Positions 26,295-36,071 are shown, numbered from the stretch's first letter. The stretch: DNA of 64,000 nucleotides from Cellulosilyticaceae bacterium (GCA_051659885.1 JBOFPL010000063.1:10371-74370), one strand, 5' to 3'. Numbers and translations are program-made. The notes: generated from the sequence alone by a model not told the origin.

Positions 26295-27689
26295 TTATGC
26301 ATTTTTAAGAAATGCTACATAAGCTTTACGCATTTCGTAAAGGTCTACTTTACTTGTAATTTCCCATGGTGCATGCATGCTATGAACAGGTACACCACAG
26401 TCTATTACATCCATACCATAGTGTGCAAGGATATATGCAATTGTCCCACCACCACCAAGGTCTACTCTTCCTAATTCTGCTGTTTGCCAAGTTACGTTAT
26501 TGTCTTCCATTACTTTTCTAAGTTCTGCAACGTACTCTGCATTTGATTCATTAGAACCACTCTTACCGCCTGATCCAGTGTATTTCATAAATACTACACC
26601 TTTTCCAAAATATGCTGCATTGTTCTTTTCTAGAACTGATGGATAGTTTGGATCATGTCCTGCTGTTACATCTGAAGAAAGCATCTTAGAATTTGCAAGT
26701 GCACGGCGAAGCAGAATATCTGAATAATTCCCTTGTAAATTTAATAATTCAGCTACTGTATTTTCAAAGAATTTAGAGTGCATTCCAGATGCCCCTACAC
26801 TTCCTATCTCTTCTTTGTCTACTAAGATAGTTGCTGTTGTACGTGTCGGATTTGTCACTTCAAGTTGTGCTTCAAATGATGCATAGCCACATACTCTATC
26901 ATCTTGACCATATCCCATAACCATACTTCTATCTAACCCATAGTCTCTTGCCGGACCTGCTGGTACAATTTGAATCTCAGCTGAAATAAAATCTTCTTCT
27001 GTAATGCCATACTTATCATTAAGCATTTTTAAGATATTAGCTTTTACTTTATTCTTCTCTTCACCTTCTAATGGCAATGTCCCAATACAAAGGTTCATAT
27101 CTTCAGCAGCAATTCCTTCGCTTAATTTCTTTTGCATTTGCTCTCTTGAAAGGTGGATAAGTAGATCTGAAATCCCTACTACTGGATCATTCATATCTTC
27201 TCCAATAACAATGTCTACTACTGAACCATCTTTTTTAGCTACTACTCCGTGGATTGATAATGGAAGTGATACCCATTGGTACTTTTTAACGCCACCATAG
27301 TAATGTGTTTTAAACATTGCAAAATCAGTATCTTCATAAAGTGGATTTGGTTTAAGGTCAAGTCTTGGTGAATCAAGATGTGCACCTAATAGATTAAGAC
27401 CTTTAGTCATTGAATCTGTACCTATGCAATACATTACTAATGTTTTATCATGATAATTTGCAAAAACTTTATCACCTGGTTGAAGAGGTTGCCCTGCTTC
27501 AATATATTCATTGATATCTTTATATCCATGTGATTTAGCTTCTGCTACCATTGATTTAATACATTCTCTCTCTGTTTTATTATCAGAGATGAATTTTCTG
27601 TATCTTTCACCGTATGCAAATAATAATTCCTTATCAGCTTCAGTATATGTATCCCAAGCAGATTTAAACTCTTTTGTTAGTTCTGACAT
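26295..27689 (-). CDS. M18 family aminopeptidase
   Basis: LGAHLDSPRLDLKP, DKEEIGSVGASG and HSMHAP blocks. I prefer the ATG at 27689 (MSELTKEF) with SD AAGGAGG. Confidence 0.85.
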   Translation of the reverse strand: MSELTKEFKSAWDTYTEADKELLFAYGERYRKFISDNKTERECIKSMVAEAKSHGYKDINEYIEAGQPLQPGDKVFANYHDKTLVMYCIGTDSMTKGLNLLGAHLDSPRLDLKPNPLYEDTDFAMFKTHYYGGVKKYQWVSLPLSIHGVVAKKDGSVVDIVIGEDMNDPVVGISDLLIHLSREQMQKKLSEGIAAEDMNLCIGTLPLEGEEKNKVKANILKMLNDKYGITEEDFISAEIQIVPAGPARDYGLDRSMVMGYGQDDRVCGYASFEAQLEVTNPTRTTATILVDKEEIGSVGASGMHSKFFENTVAELLNLQGNYSDILLRRALANSKMLSSDVTAGHDPNYPSVLEKNNAAYFGKGVVFMKYTGSGGKSGSNESNAEYVAELRKVMEDNNVTWQTAELGRVDLGGGGTIAYILAHYGMDVIDCGVPVHSMHAPWEITSKVDLYEMRKAYVAFLKNA

Positions 27690-27760
27690 AATATTCCTCC
27701 TTATATTAAAATGTAACATTTATAATTTTATCATATTTAATCGCATATTCCAATTTTTAT

Positions 27761-29698
27761 TTAATTAATCCATACAGTTGTTTTTAAAGGCATCGTGTTG
27801 TAGAACCATACGCTATCTTCCGGTGAAAATCTAATACATCCTTGAGACGCCCTTTGGCCCAATACACCTTTACCTTCTAATAAGTAAGTTCCTGTTTTAT
27901 CATACATAATAGAGTGATATAAGTAATCTCCAAAAATTTGAACTGCATTTTTACATCTATAGCCTTTATTCACTCCAAAATAAGGAACATATGCTTGAAA
28001 ACTATATACCCCCCTTGGTGTTGGCGTTATATTTTTACCAGTGGAACAAATTAAATTTTCATATAATTTCCATTGTCCATTTTGCTTTTTAAAGATATAT
28101 GTTCTTTGTCTATAAAGATCTGTCCATACTAAGTAATTAGTTGGACTTGTTAATCCCGTTCCATTGATATATGCCTCTATTTGTTCTGTTGTTGCTTGCT
28201 TCGTCTCTACTTTTGGGTTAGGTGGTATACTTACACTATTCCAGGGTACTTTAATAATTTGATCCCCATAATGGAGATAGTATCTTTCTAGAGAATCTGC
28301 CCTATAAACTTCTACCTTATCTCCCTTTTTAAATGGACCTACATCATATTTTATTGTTCCTATAATAATGGAAGGCGGAAAGAGCTCTTTAGCTGCCTCT
28401 TTTTGTTTTGCTTCTGCTACCCTTTTTTTCTCAGCCTCATAATGATTTAAAAGTTCTTTGTTAGCTTGTCCATAACTTTCATTTGTATTCCAGATCACCT
28501 CATCCACTATTTTAACCTCATTAATTATAGTGGTTAGATAAATTTTATTTGGGCTTAATGTATAAACTTTATTAGGATTAGGATAACTTATTCCTGAAGT
28601 CAAATGATTCATATCCCATCTTTCTTCTATAATCTTAGTTCCATCCCAGTATAAGTTTGTCCCTCTTATACTTAACGGTACGTTTGATCTATTAATAAAT
28701 TTATTCTTATCACCACTTAAATACTGATTGGGCTGTATTCCTTTACGTTCTAATTGGTAGCCACCTTCTACTTCTATTGTGTCACAGTAAATTTCTATCA
28801 CCTCTATAGGAATAAGCGTTCCATCATTCATTGTTAAAGCATATGTTTTTAAATACCCTATATAGATATCCTTCGGATTGAAACTCACCTTTTCTTTTGT
28901 ATAAATTTTAGGCGTTTGTCTTCCTTCAAAATTCTCTCCATCAGTAATATATACAGCATTTGCTGTCCTTACCACATTAAATCCTAAATACTCTAACCCT
29001 TGGATGCTTATGTATTCTTTCCCATTAAATTTATATAAATCTGTTATCTGACCATTATACTGAAGTTGCTTATCTGACCTTTCTGCTTCTCCTAAGATAA
29101 CCTTATCAAATTCTCCTAACTTTCTTTCTTGCTCTTTATAACTTAATAACTTACTTTTTGTTTTATCATCTATATTACTTAAAAAATCTTTTTCATACTG
29201 AATCGGATCTATACTATAGTGATTAACTCGTTCTAAAAGAATTTCCCACTGCTCTATTTTAACTTTTTCTCCTACCTGTGTAGGTATTCCTTCCCAAATC
29301 CCCTCTAAGATCAAACGTCCAATATAGCCACTTTCTCCAGCTTCTTTCATAGGTAAACTAATAGGTGCTTTTCCTATGTATTCACAAAGTATCCGTGCTA
29401 AAGTCCCATATGACACTTCTGCTTGTTGTTCTATTTTTAATCGTTCCGTAACCTGCCCTCTTATATCTCCATCTTGTAAATCCCATAAAAGCCTATCTGA
29501 TGTTAAATAGTCTTTTTTTATAATAACAGTGCTTTCCTCCAGCGGAATTAACTCTATACTTTCGCCTTTTTCTCCATTTTCCTCTATTCTTATTTCTGGA
29601 ACTGATTCTCCTATTTCTTCTAATGCCTCTTCAGCAAACAAAGTAGCACTAGGAAGAACTAATGCACTTAAAAAAATAACTTGTTTTATTTTTTTCAT
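27761..29698 (-). CDS. Exported L,D-transpeptidase (YkuD domain) with long N-terminal extension
   Basis: The C-terminal YkuD catalytic block is HSIMYDK...GQRASQGCIRF. The signal peptide MKKIKQVIFLSALVLPSATLFA starts from the ATG at 29698 (SD AAGGGG). Confidence 0.85.
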   Translation of the reverse strand: MKKIKQVIFLSALVLPSATLFAEEALEEIGESVPEIRIEENGEKGESIELIPLEESTVIIKKDYLTSDRLLWDLQDGDIRGQVTERLKIEQQAEVSYGTLARILCEYIGKAPISLPMKEAGESGYIGRLILEGIWEGIPTQVGEKVKIEQWEILLERVNHYSIDPIQYEKDFLSNIDDKTKSKLLSYKEQERKLGEFDKVILGEAERSDKQLQYNGQITDLYKFNGKEYISIQGLEYLGFNVVRTANAVYITDGENFEGRQTPKIYTKEKVSFNPKDIYIGYLKTYALTMNDGTLIPIEVIEIYCDTIEVEGGYQLERKGIQPNQYLSGDKNKFINRSNVPLSIRGTNLYWDGTKIIEERWDMNHLTSGISYPNPNKVYTLSPNKIYLTTIINEVKIVDEVIWNTNESYGQANKELLNHYEAEKKRVAEAKQKEAAKELFPPSIIIGTIKYDVGPFKKGDKVEVYRADSLERYYLHYGDQIIKVPWNSVSIPPNPKVETKQATTEQIEAYINGTGLTSPTNYLVWTDLYRQRTYIFKKQNGQWKLYENLICSTGKNITPTPRGVYSFQAYVPYFGVNKGYRCKNAVQIFGDYLYHSIMYDKTGTYLLEGKGVLGQRASQGCIRFSPEDSVWFYNTMPLKTTVWIN

Positions 29699-29793
29699 CT
29701 TCAGCAAACCCCTTACATTTTTTTCCACTCTTTAAAAATTATATCAATTCAATAGTTTTAAATCAATATTTATCTACAATTTTCAAGCTAATA

Positions 29794-29822
29794 TTGAATT
29801 TTTTTAATTTTATATGTATAAT
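29794..29822 (+). promoter_or_regulatory. Candidate sigma-A promoter of mltG
   Basis: TTGAAT-17 nt-TATAAT. The track ATG at 29814 lies inside this promoter, which supports the downstream start at 29853. Confidence 0.5.
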
Positions 29823-29852
29823 TTGATTAATAATGATTTAAAGGAGACTTTT

Positions 29853-30950
29853 ATGAAAAAAGGAAAAACCTATTTACGTTTATTATTAAATTTATTTATT
29901 ACTATAGGCATTCTTATTTTTGGTATTGCTGGAAGCTCCCTAGCCTTTAGTGAGGGGTTTAACTACACACTTAATATCTTAGAAGAATCTAAGGCTAGAC
30001 AACTTAACCCTAATATTAGACAAGTTCAAGTAGAAGTTACTGACTCTTTTACTATAGAAGAATTAACAAATCTTTTATATGAGAATAATTTTATTGTTAA
30101 TAAGCTTTCTTTTTCCTTATTAGGACAACTTAATAACTCTAATCAAAAATTTATTCCTGGAAATTATTCTATCAGTAGTAATATGACTAATAGTGAAATT
30201 CTTGACTTATTAACTACATCTATTCATGAAGAAAATACAGTAAAATTCACTATTCCTGAAGGTTTTACAGTCTCACAGATAGCTAACCGATTAGATGACC
30301 TTGATATTGTAATGAAAGAAGATTTTTTTAAAGCTGTTAATGAACGAGACTACGCATATGCATTTTTAAGTAATATTCCTTCGGATTCTAAACACAAATT
30401 AGAAGGTTATCTTTTTCCAGATACCTATATCGTTAATAAAGATGTGACCTCAGAAGAAATTATTATTAAAATGCTTAATCGATTTGAACAAGTTATGAGC
30501 CAATACTCTCAATATATTTATAATAGCCCTTATAGTTTACATGAACTAGTTACCATTGCCTCTATCATCGAACATGAAGCCAAGCTTAGCGAAGAAAGAC
30601 CTGTTATCTCTGGTGTAATCTATAATCGTCTAGAGTCTAATATGATGCTTCAAATGTGTTCTACTGTTCAATATGACTTGCAAAAAAGAAAGTCTAACCT
30701 TTCTTATGAAGATTTAGAAATTGATTCTCCTTATAATACCTATAAACAAGAAGGACTTCCACTTGGTCCTATCTGTGCACCTGGAGAAGAGTCTCTAAAA
30801 GCTGCTATGCTTCCAGAGGCTCATGACTATTATTACTTTGTCCTTAAAGATCCTAAAGTAGGTTCTCATGCTTTTAGTCGTAATGCTTCTGAACATGAAC
30901 AAAACAAACTTACATATGTTCAAATTACAGATAAAAATTTTATTAAATAG
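29853..30950 (+). CDS. mltG: Endolytic murein transglycosylase MltG (YceG-like)
   Basis: N-terminal TM segment, then the YceG fold with SIIEHEAK (catalytic Glu) and YNTY...GLPLGPICAPG. The start at 29853 has SD AAAGGAGA. Confidence 0.92.
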   Translation: MKKGKTYLRLLLNLFITIGILIFGIAGSSLAFSEGFNYTLNILEESKARQLNPNIRQVQVEVTDSFTIEELTNLLYENNFIVNKLSFSLLGQLNNSNQKFIPGNYSISSNMTNSEILDLLTTSIHEENTVKFTIPEGFTVSQIANRLDDLDIVMKEDFFKAVNERDYAYAFLSNIPSDSKHKLEGYLFPDTYIVNKDVTSEEIIIKMLNRFEQVMSQYSQYIYNSPYSLHELVTIASIIEHEAKLSEERPVISGVIYNRLESNMMLQMCSTVQYDLQKRKSNLSYEDLEIDSPYNTYKQEGLPLGPICAPGEESLKAAMLPEAHDYYYFVLKDPKVGSHAFSRNASEHEQNKLTYVQITDKNFIK

Positions 30951-30958
30951 TTTTTTAG

Positions 30959-30985
30959 TCGTCCTATTTTTAGGGCGATTTTTTA
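30959..30985 (+). terminator. Intrinsic terminator after mltG
   Basis: TCGTCCTA-TTTT-TAGGGCGA followed by TTTTTT. Confidence 0.7.
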
Positions 30986-31038
30986 TTTACTTTTATCGGA
31001 TTAATATTATTAGATACTAGGTAAACTCTAATTAGTAC

Positions 31039-31067
31039 TTGCAATACCACAAAAATTACTTTATATT
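31039..31067 (+). promoter_or_regulatory. Candidate sigma-A promoter of trmR
   Basis: TTGCAA-17 nt-TATATT, about 33 nt upstream of the ATG (SD AAAGGG). Confidence 0.5.
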
Positions 31068-31100
31068 GACATAAGAAGACTTTTTAGAAAGGGTTTTTAT

Positions 31101-31781
31101 ATGAGTGAAATAAATTATGATTATATAGTGCAATATTTACGCGCTTTGCATACACCACCTGAAGGTGTGCTACTTGATATTGAAAAGGCTATTGCTAATG
31201 GCAAAGAAACTTGGCCTATTATTAAGCCTGAAGTTGCAGATTTTATGAAGCTACTTCTTGCGATGACTAAACCTGTTGAAATTTTAGAGATTGGTGCGGC
31301 TGTTGGTTATTCCTCTATTCTTATGAGTACATGCATTGCCCCTAATAGCCATATTACAACTATTGAACGCTTCCCTTATATGCTTCGTAAAGCTTATCAA
31401 CATATTGAGCTTGCTGGAGCAAGTGATAAAATCACTATTTTAGAAGGAGATGCTGCAGAAATTCTGCCCACTTTAGAAACAGGTAAATATGATGTTATTT
31501 TTATGGATTGTGCTAAAGGACAATATATTAATTTTTTACCTGACTGTATAAGACTTTTAAAAGATAATGGTTTACTAATTACAGATAATGTATTGCATAA
31601 AGGTACAGTTGCTCGGTCGCGCTATCTTATTGACCGTAGACAACGTACTACACACTCTAGATTACGTGATTTCCTTTGGACGATTACTCATTCTCCTGAA
31701 TTATGTACAAGTGTCGTTCCTATCGGTGATGGCGTAGCTCTAAGCTACAAAATTGGAGGACAAATAAATGAGAACAAATAA
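31101..31781 (+). CDS. trmR: SAM-dependent O-methyltransferase, YrrM/TrmR-like
   Basis: Class I methyltransferase (ILEIGAAVGYS, VIFMDCAKGQY). It keeps the conserved position mltG-yrrM-U32 seen in B. subtilis. Confidence 0.8.
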   Translation: MSEINYDYIVQYLRALHTPPEGVLLDIEKAIANGKETWPIIKPEVADFMKLLLAMTKPVEILEIGAAVGYSSILMSTCIAPNSHITTIERFPYMLRKAYQHIELAGASDKITILEGDAAEILPTLETGKYDVIFMDCAKGQYINFLPDCIRLLKDNGLLITDNVLHKGTVARSRYLIDRRQRTTHSRLRDFLWTITHSPELCTSVVPIGDGVALSYKIGGQINENK

Positions 31782-33003
31782 AATAGAACTGCTAGCTCCT
31801 GCTGGCAGTTTAGAAACACTTAAAATTGCCGTTCTTTATGGTGCAGATGCTGTTTATATGGGCGGAGACCACTATGGACTTCGTGCAAAGGCTAAAAACT
31901 TTGGCCCTACTGAAATGGCAGAAGGCATTCAGTTTGCACATGAACATGGTGTAAAAGTTTATGTTACAGCTAATATTTTTGCGCACAATACTGATTTTGA
32001 AGGTATGAAAGACTACTTTATTTCTTTAGAACAAATGGGAGCTGATGGTATCATCGTTGCAGATCCTGGTGTATTTAGTATTGCAAGAGAAGCCGTTCCA
32101 AATATGGAAATTCATATTTCTACACAAGCTAATAATACTAACTACCATACAGCTAATTTCTGGATTGCTCAGGGTGCTGAAAGAATTGTTATGGCTCGTG
32201 AACTCTCTTTTGAAGAAGTCAAAGAAATTAGAGACCATATTCCTAACCATGTTTCAATTGAAGCTTTCGTACACGGAGCAATGTGCATGGCTTATTCTGG
32301 TAGATGCCTCCTAAGTAATTACATGACTAACCGCGATGCCAATCATGGAGAATGCGCACAACCATGTCGTTGGAAATACCATGTTGTTGAAGAAACAAGA
32401 CCAGGTGAATATATGCCTATAGAAGAAAATGAACGTGGAACTTATATCTACAATTCGCGTGACCTTTGCTTAATTGAATTTATTCCTGAGTTAGTTGAAA
32501 GTGGTATTTATAGCTTCAAAATTGAAGGTCGTATGAAAACACCTCTTTATGTTGCCACAGTAGTAAAAGCTTATCGTGAAGCTATTGATACTTACCTTAA
32601 AGATCCTGCAGAATATGAAGCTAAAAAGACTTATTTCTTCGAAGAAGCTGGCAAAGCAAGCCATCGTGAATTTACAACTGGCTTCTATGAACATAAGCCT
32701 ACATCCGATGATCAAACCTATACACATAATTCTTATGTTCGTAACTACGAATTTTCAGGTATGATCCTTGATTATGACAAAGAAACAGGTATGCTAACCA
32801 TTGAGCAACGTCGTAAATTCTCTGTTGGTGATGAGGTAGAGATTCTTCAGCCAGTAGGTCCTTGCATTAAGCATATCGTAACTGAAATGTGGGATGTAGA
32901 AGGTAACTCTATTGAATCAGCTCCACATCCAAAGCAAATTATAAAATTCAAAGTGAATCAAGAGATTTCTACTCCTGCTATTCTTAGAAAAATGGATCAA
33001 TAA
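31768..33003 (+). CDS. U32 family protein, YrrO/TrhP-like
   Basis: 411 aa with IELLAPAGS and C-MAYSGR-C-x15-C-AQP-C. It overlaps the trmR stop by 14 nt. Confidence 0.85.
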   Translation: MRTNKIELLAPAGSLETLKIAVLYGADAVYMGGDHYGLRAKAKNFGPTEMAEGIQFAHEHGVKVYVTANIFAHNTDFEGMKDYFISLEQMGADGIIVADPGVFSIAREAVPNMEIHISTQANNTNYHTANFWIAQGAERIVMARELSFEEVKEIRDHIPNHVSIEAFVHGAMCMAYSGRCLLSNYMTNRDANHGECAQPCRWKYHVVEETRPGEYMPIEENERGTYIYNSRDLCLIEFIPELVESGIYSFKIEGRMKTPLYVATVVKAYREAIDTYLKDPAEYEAKKTYFFEEAGKASHREFTTGFYEHKPTSDDQTYTHNSYVRNYEFSGMILDYDKETGMLTIEQRRKFSVGDEVEILQPVGPCIKHIVTEMWDVEGNSIESAPHPKQIIKFKVNQEISTPAILRKMDQ

Positions 33004-33006
33004 AAA

Positions 33007-33032
33007 ATGCTGCCAACCTGGCAGCATTTTTT
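33007..33032 (+). terminator. Intrinsic terminator after the U32 gene
   Basis: ATGCTGCCA-ACC-TGGCAGCAT followed by TTTTT. Confidence 0.8.
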
Positions 33033-33096
33033 ATTTTGTCCCTCTATTTTACAAAAAAAGTATAAGCTCTGATTAAAAAAATAGCATTGTACGGGC

Positions 33097-33123
33097 ACGT
33101 TTTCCCACCTCTCCCCATACAAT
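33097..33123 (+). promoter_or_regulatory. Candidate sigma-E/sigma-K type promoter of sigK
   Basis: CATACAAT at 33116-33123 is an exact match to the mother-cell -10 consensus (CATACA-T, also CATA-N3-TA). AC lies 17 nt upstream at 33097-33098. Confidence 0.45.
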
Positions 33124-33126
33124 AAT

Positions 33127-33822
33127 ATGAACCCATTTTTGGAGGTGTGCCTATTTATGATGCTATGCTTAACTTGTTTCTCATACTTTAGCAGTATTTC
33201 TTCTTTTCCCCAACCCTTGACGGCAGAGGAGGAAAAATATTACCTGGAACTCTATGAACAAGGTGATGAGAGTGCAAAAAATATATTAATTGAACGCAAT
33301 CTAAGACTAGTGGCACACATTGTAAAAAAATATAGTAATTTAAATAAAGATATGGATGATCTTATTTCAATTGGAACCATTGGATTAATCAAAGGTATTA
33401 CCTCTTTTGATGCAAGCAAAGGTACTAGGCTCGCTACATACGCCGCTAGGTGTATCGAAAATGAAATCCTAATGAGTATACGCTCTAATAGGAAACAAAA
33501 AAATGAAACTTCTCTTCAATCCCCAATTGGGACAGATAAGGAAGGAAATGAGATTAATTTATTAGATGTTTTATGTACTGATACTGACTCTATTTTTGAC
33601 CAAGTAGATTTTGGTATAGAAACAAAGAAATTATATTCCAAAATGATGCAAGTTCTTAAACCTCGTGAAAAAGAAATCTTGCAACTTCGTTATGGGCTAA
33701 ATAACACAGAAGAGAAAACTCAGCGTGAAATTGCTGAAGAAATGGGAATTTCTAGATCCTATGTTTCTCGAATTGAAAAAAAGGCCCTTAAACGCCTTAT
33801 GCAAGAACTCAATAAAAAATAA
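33127..33822 (+). CDS. sigK: Pro-sigma-K, late mother-cell sporulation sigma factor, uninterrupted
   Basis: SFPQPLTAEEEKYYLELYEQGDESAKNILIERNLRLVAHIVKKY...ATYAARCIENEILM...ISRSYVSRIEKKAL closely parallels B. subtilis SigK. The alternative start at 33157 has SD GGAGGTG and fits the promoter position better. Confidence 0.9.
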   Translation: MNPFLEVCLFMMLCLTCFSYFSSISSFPQPLTAEEEKYYLELYEQGDESAKNILIERNLRLVAHIVKKYSNLNKDMDDLISIGTIGLIKGITSFDASKGTRLATYAARCIENEILMSIRSNRKQKNETSLQSPIGTDKEGNEINLLDVLCTDTDSIFDQVDFGIETKKLYSKMMQVLKPREKEILQLRYGLNNTEEKTQREIAEEMGISRSYVSRIEKKALKRLMQELNKK

Positions 33823-33848
33823 AAATCCCCCTGCAAAGGGGGATTTTT
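33821..33848. terminator. Bidirectional terminator between sigK and rnj
   Basis: AAAAATCCCCC-TGCAAA-GGGGGATTTTT, with A and T runs on both sides. Confidence 0.85.
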
Positions 33849-33850
33849 AT

Positions 33851-35521
33851 TTAAACTTCCATAATGATTGGTAAAATCATCGGACTACGTTTAGTCTTTT
33901 GCCATACAAATTCTTTAAGATCATCTTTAACAATCGTTTTAATTTGAGACCACTCTACAATATGTTTGCTTTCACATCTATCTAGAGCTTTTTTCACCAC
34001 ATTTTTAGCTTCATCCATTAGATTTTCTGCTTCTCTTACATAAACAAATCCTCTAGAAATAATATCTGGTCCCGCTACAACTGTACCTGATTCACGCTCA
34101 AGTGTTACCACAGCAATAAGAAGTCCATCTTGTGATAAATGTTTACGATCTCTTAAAACAATATTTCCAACATCTCCAACCCCTAAACCATCTACTAGGA
34201 TTTGTCCTGATGGAACTGTTCCTACAATTTTGCATTCTTCACGATTTAATTCTACTATATCTCCGATAGAAATAATTTGTGTATTTCTTCTATCCATACC
34301 TAAGTTAACTGCAAGTTCTACATGTTTCTGTAAATGTCTATATTCACCATGTACTGGAATAAAATATCTTGGCTTAACTAATGCATGTAAAAGCTTTAAT
34401 TCTTCTTGTGCAGCATGTCCTGAAACATGTGTGTCTTCTTTAATAACAGTCGCACCTTTTTTAGCAAGTTCATTTACAACCTTAGAAACTGTTTTTTCAT
34501 TTCCTGGAATTGGTGTAGAACTTAAGATAATTACATCACCTGGCTTAATCTCAATTTGTTTATGTTCAGATACTGCCATGCGAGAAAGCGCTGCCATTGG
34601 CTCTCCTTGACTTCCTGTCATAATGATAACCACTTGACCATCTTTATATCTTTTTACGTCATTAACGTCGATTAATGTGTTTTCTGGAATCTCTAGATAG
34701 CCTAATTCACTTGCAGTTTTCACTACATTAACCATACTTCGTCCAATAACGGCTACTTTTCGTTTAAATTTAGAAGCTGCATTAATAATTTGTTGCACTC
34801 TATCTACATTCGAAGCAAAAGTCGCAACCATAATACGTTTTTCACTCGACTTGTTAAAAACATCTTCTAATGTTTGTCCTACCATACGCTCAGATTGAGT
34901 GTATCCAGGTCTTTCCACGTTTGTACTATCTGCAAGTAGTAATAGAACACCTTTTTTACCTAATTCAGCTAGCCTGTGTAGATCAAGTCTTTCACCTCTA
35001 ATTGGTGTGTAGTCTAATTTAAAATCTCCTGTATGAATAACTGTTCCTACTGGAGTCCAAATAGCTAACATAACTGCATCTGCAATACTGTGGTTAGATC
35101 GAATAAATTCAATTTTAAATCCACTTCCTAGCTTAATTGTATCTCCTTGTGAAATACAATGTCTTTCTGTAGTTCTTAGTAAATTATGTTCTCTTAATTT
35201 ATTTTCTACAAGGCCAATTGTGAGCCTTGTTCCATAAATAGGAACATTAATTTCTTGTAAAATATAAGGTAATGCTCCAATATGATCTTCATGTCCATGT
35301 GTTAGAACTATTCCTCGTATTTTATCCATATTTTTTGTTAAATAAGTTACATCAGGAATGACTAAATCTATTCCTAGCATCTCATCTGCTGGAAAGGCCA
35401 ATCCGCAGTCCACAATAATGATATCATTTTCGTACTCAAAAACGGTCATATTTTTACCGATTTCTCCTAGACCACCCAGTGGAATGATTCGCAACTTACT
35501 TTTTGCTTTTCTGGATACCAA
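33851..35521 (-). CDS. rnj: Ribonuclease J
   Basis: 556 aa. Metallo-beta-lactamase motif THGHEDHIG, a beta-CASP region, and a C-terminal domain. TTG start with SD GGAGGTG. Confidence 0.95.
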   Translation of the reverse strand: MVSRKAKSKLRIIPLGGLGEIGKNMTVFEYENDIIIVDCGLAFPADEMLGIDLVIPDVTYLTKNMDKIRGIVLTHGHEDHIGALPYILQEINVPIYGTRLTIGLVENKLREHNLLRTTERHCISQGDTIKLGSGFKIEFIRSNHSIADAVMLAIWTPVGTVIHTGDFKLDYTPIRGERLDLHRLAELGKKGVLLLLADSTNVERPGYTQSERMVGQTLEDVFNKSSEKRIMVATFASNVDRVQQIINAASKFKRKVAVIGRSMVNVVKTASELGYLEIPENTLIDVNDVKRYKDGQVVIIMTGSQGEPMAALSRMAVSEHKQIEIKPGDVIILSSTPIPGNEKTVSKVVNELAKKGATVIKEDTHVSGHAAQEELKLLHALVKPRYFIPVHGEYRHLQKHVELAVNLGMDRRNTQIISIGDIVELNREECKIVGTVPSGQILVDGLGVGDVGNIVLRDRKHLSQDGLLIAVVTLERESGTVVAGPDIISRGFVYVREAENLMDEAKNVVKKALDRCESKHIVEWSQIKTIVKDDLKEFVWQKTKRSPMILPIIMEV

Positions 35522-35556
35522 AATTACACCTCCATTATTTATTTTTTATTTATATA

Positions 35557-35985
35557 TTATTTACAATCTTTGCAACGACCATAGAAAATAACATTATGAT
35601 CTGTTACTTTGAAGTTATATTTAGCTTCTATGCCTGCTTCTATTTCTGCAAGCCAATCTTCTTCTACTTCAAAAACTTGATTGCATTTTTCACACATTAA
35701 ATGATGATGATGATGATCTTCCTCATCTGAACTGAGTTCAAATCTACTGCATCCATCATCAAAGTTCAATCGATCTACAATTCCCATCTCTTCAAATAAT
35801 TGAACAGTACGATAGACTGTAGCTAGACCTATCTCTGGATATTTTTCTTTTACAAAATCATATATTTCTTCTGTAGAAAGATGCTGTCCATGATTATCAA
35901 TTAATACATCTAGTACACCTCTGCGTTGTGTAGTCAATTTACATCCTTTTTCTTTCAATTTCTCTTTAAATACCGCAGCGTTCAA
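35557..35985 (-). CDS. Fur family metalloregulator (Fur/PerR/Zur type not resolved)
   Basis: Winged helix KLTTQRRGVLDVL, a His run HHHHH, CEKC...CKDC structural zinc pairs. I prefer the TTG at 35985 (SD AGAGGAG 9 nt upstream) over the track TTG at 36006. Confidence 0.85.
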   Translation of the reverse strand: MNAAVFKEKLKEKGCKLTTQRRGVLDVLIDNHGQHLSTEEIYDFVKEKYPEIGLATVYRTVQLFEEMGIVDRLNFDDGCSRFELSSDEEDHHHHHLMCEKCNQVFEVEEDWLAEIEAGIEAKYNFKVTDHNVIFYGRCKDCK

Positions 35986-36021
35986 TACTTTTCGCTCCTC
36001 TATCAATTATTTTACTAAGTT

Positions 36022-36055
36022 ATTATATTATATAATGTCCTTAGCTCAATGTCAA
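36022..36055 (-). promoter_or_regulatory. Consensus sigma-A promoter of the fur-family gene with overlapping 7-1-7 palindrome
   Basis: The minus strand reads TTGACA (36050-36055)-17 nt-TATAAT (36027-36032). The perfect inverted repeat ATTATAT-N-ATATAAT at 36022-36036 covers the -10. Confidence 0.6.
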
Positions 36056-36071
36056 TTGATACTTACTATCA

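Noticed and set aside
33127-33822. Possible skin-like interruption or pseudogenisation of sigK
   Set aside because: The ORF is continuous from the pro-sequence through region 4.2 and aligns along its length with B. subtilis SigK.
35701-35715. (ATG)5 microsatellite on the plus strand
   Set aside because: It encodes the HHHHH run of the Fur-family protein, next to its metal site. It is in frame and functionally plausible, not an independent element.
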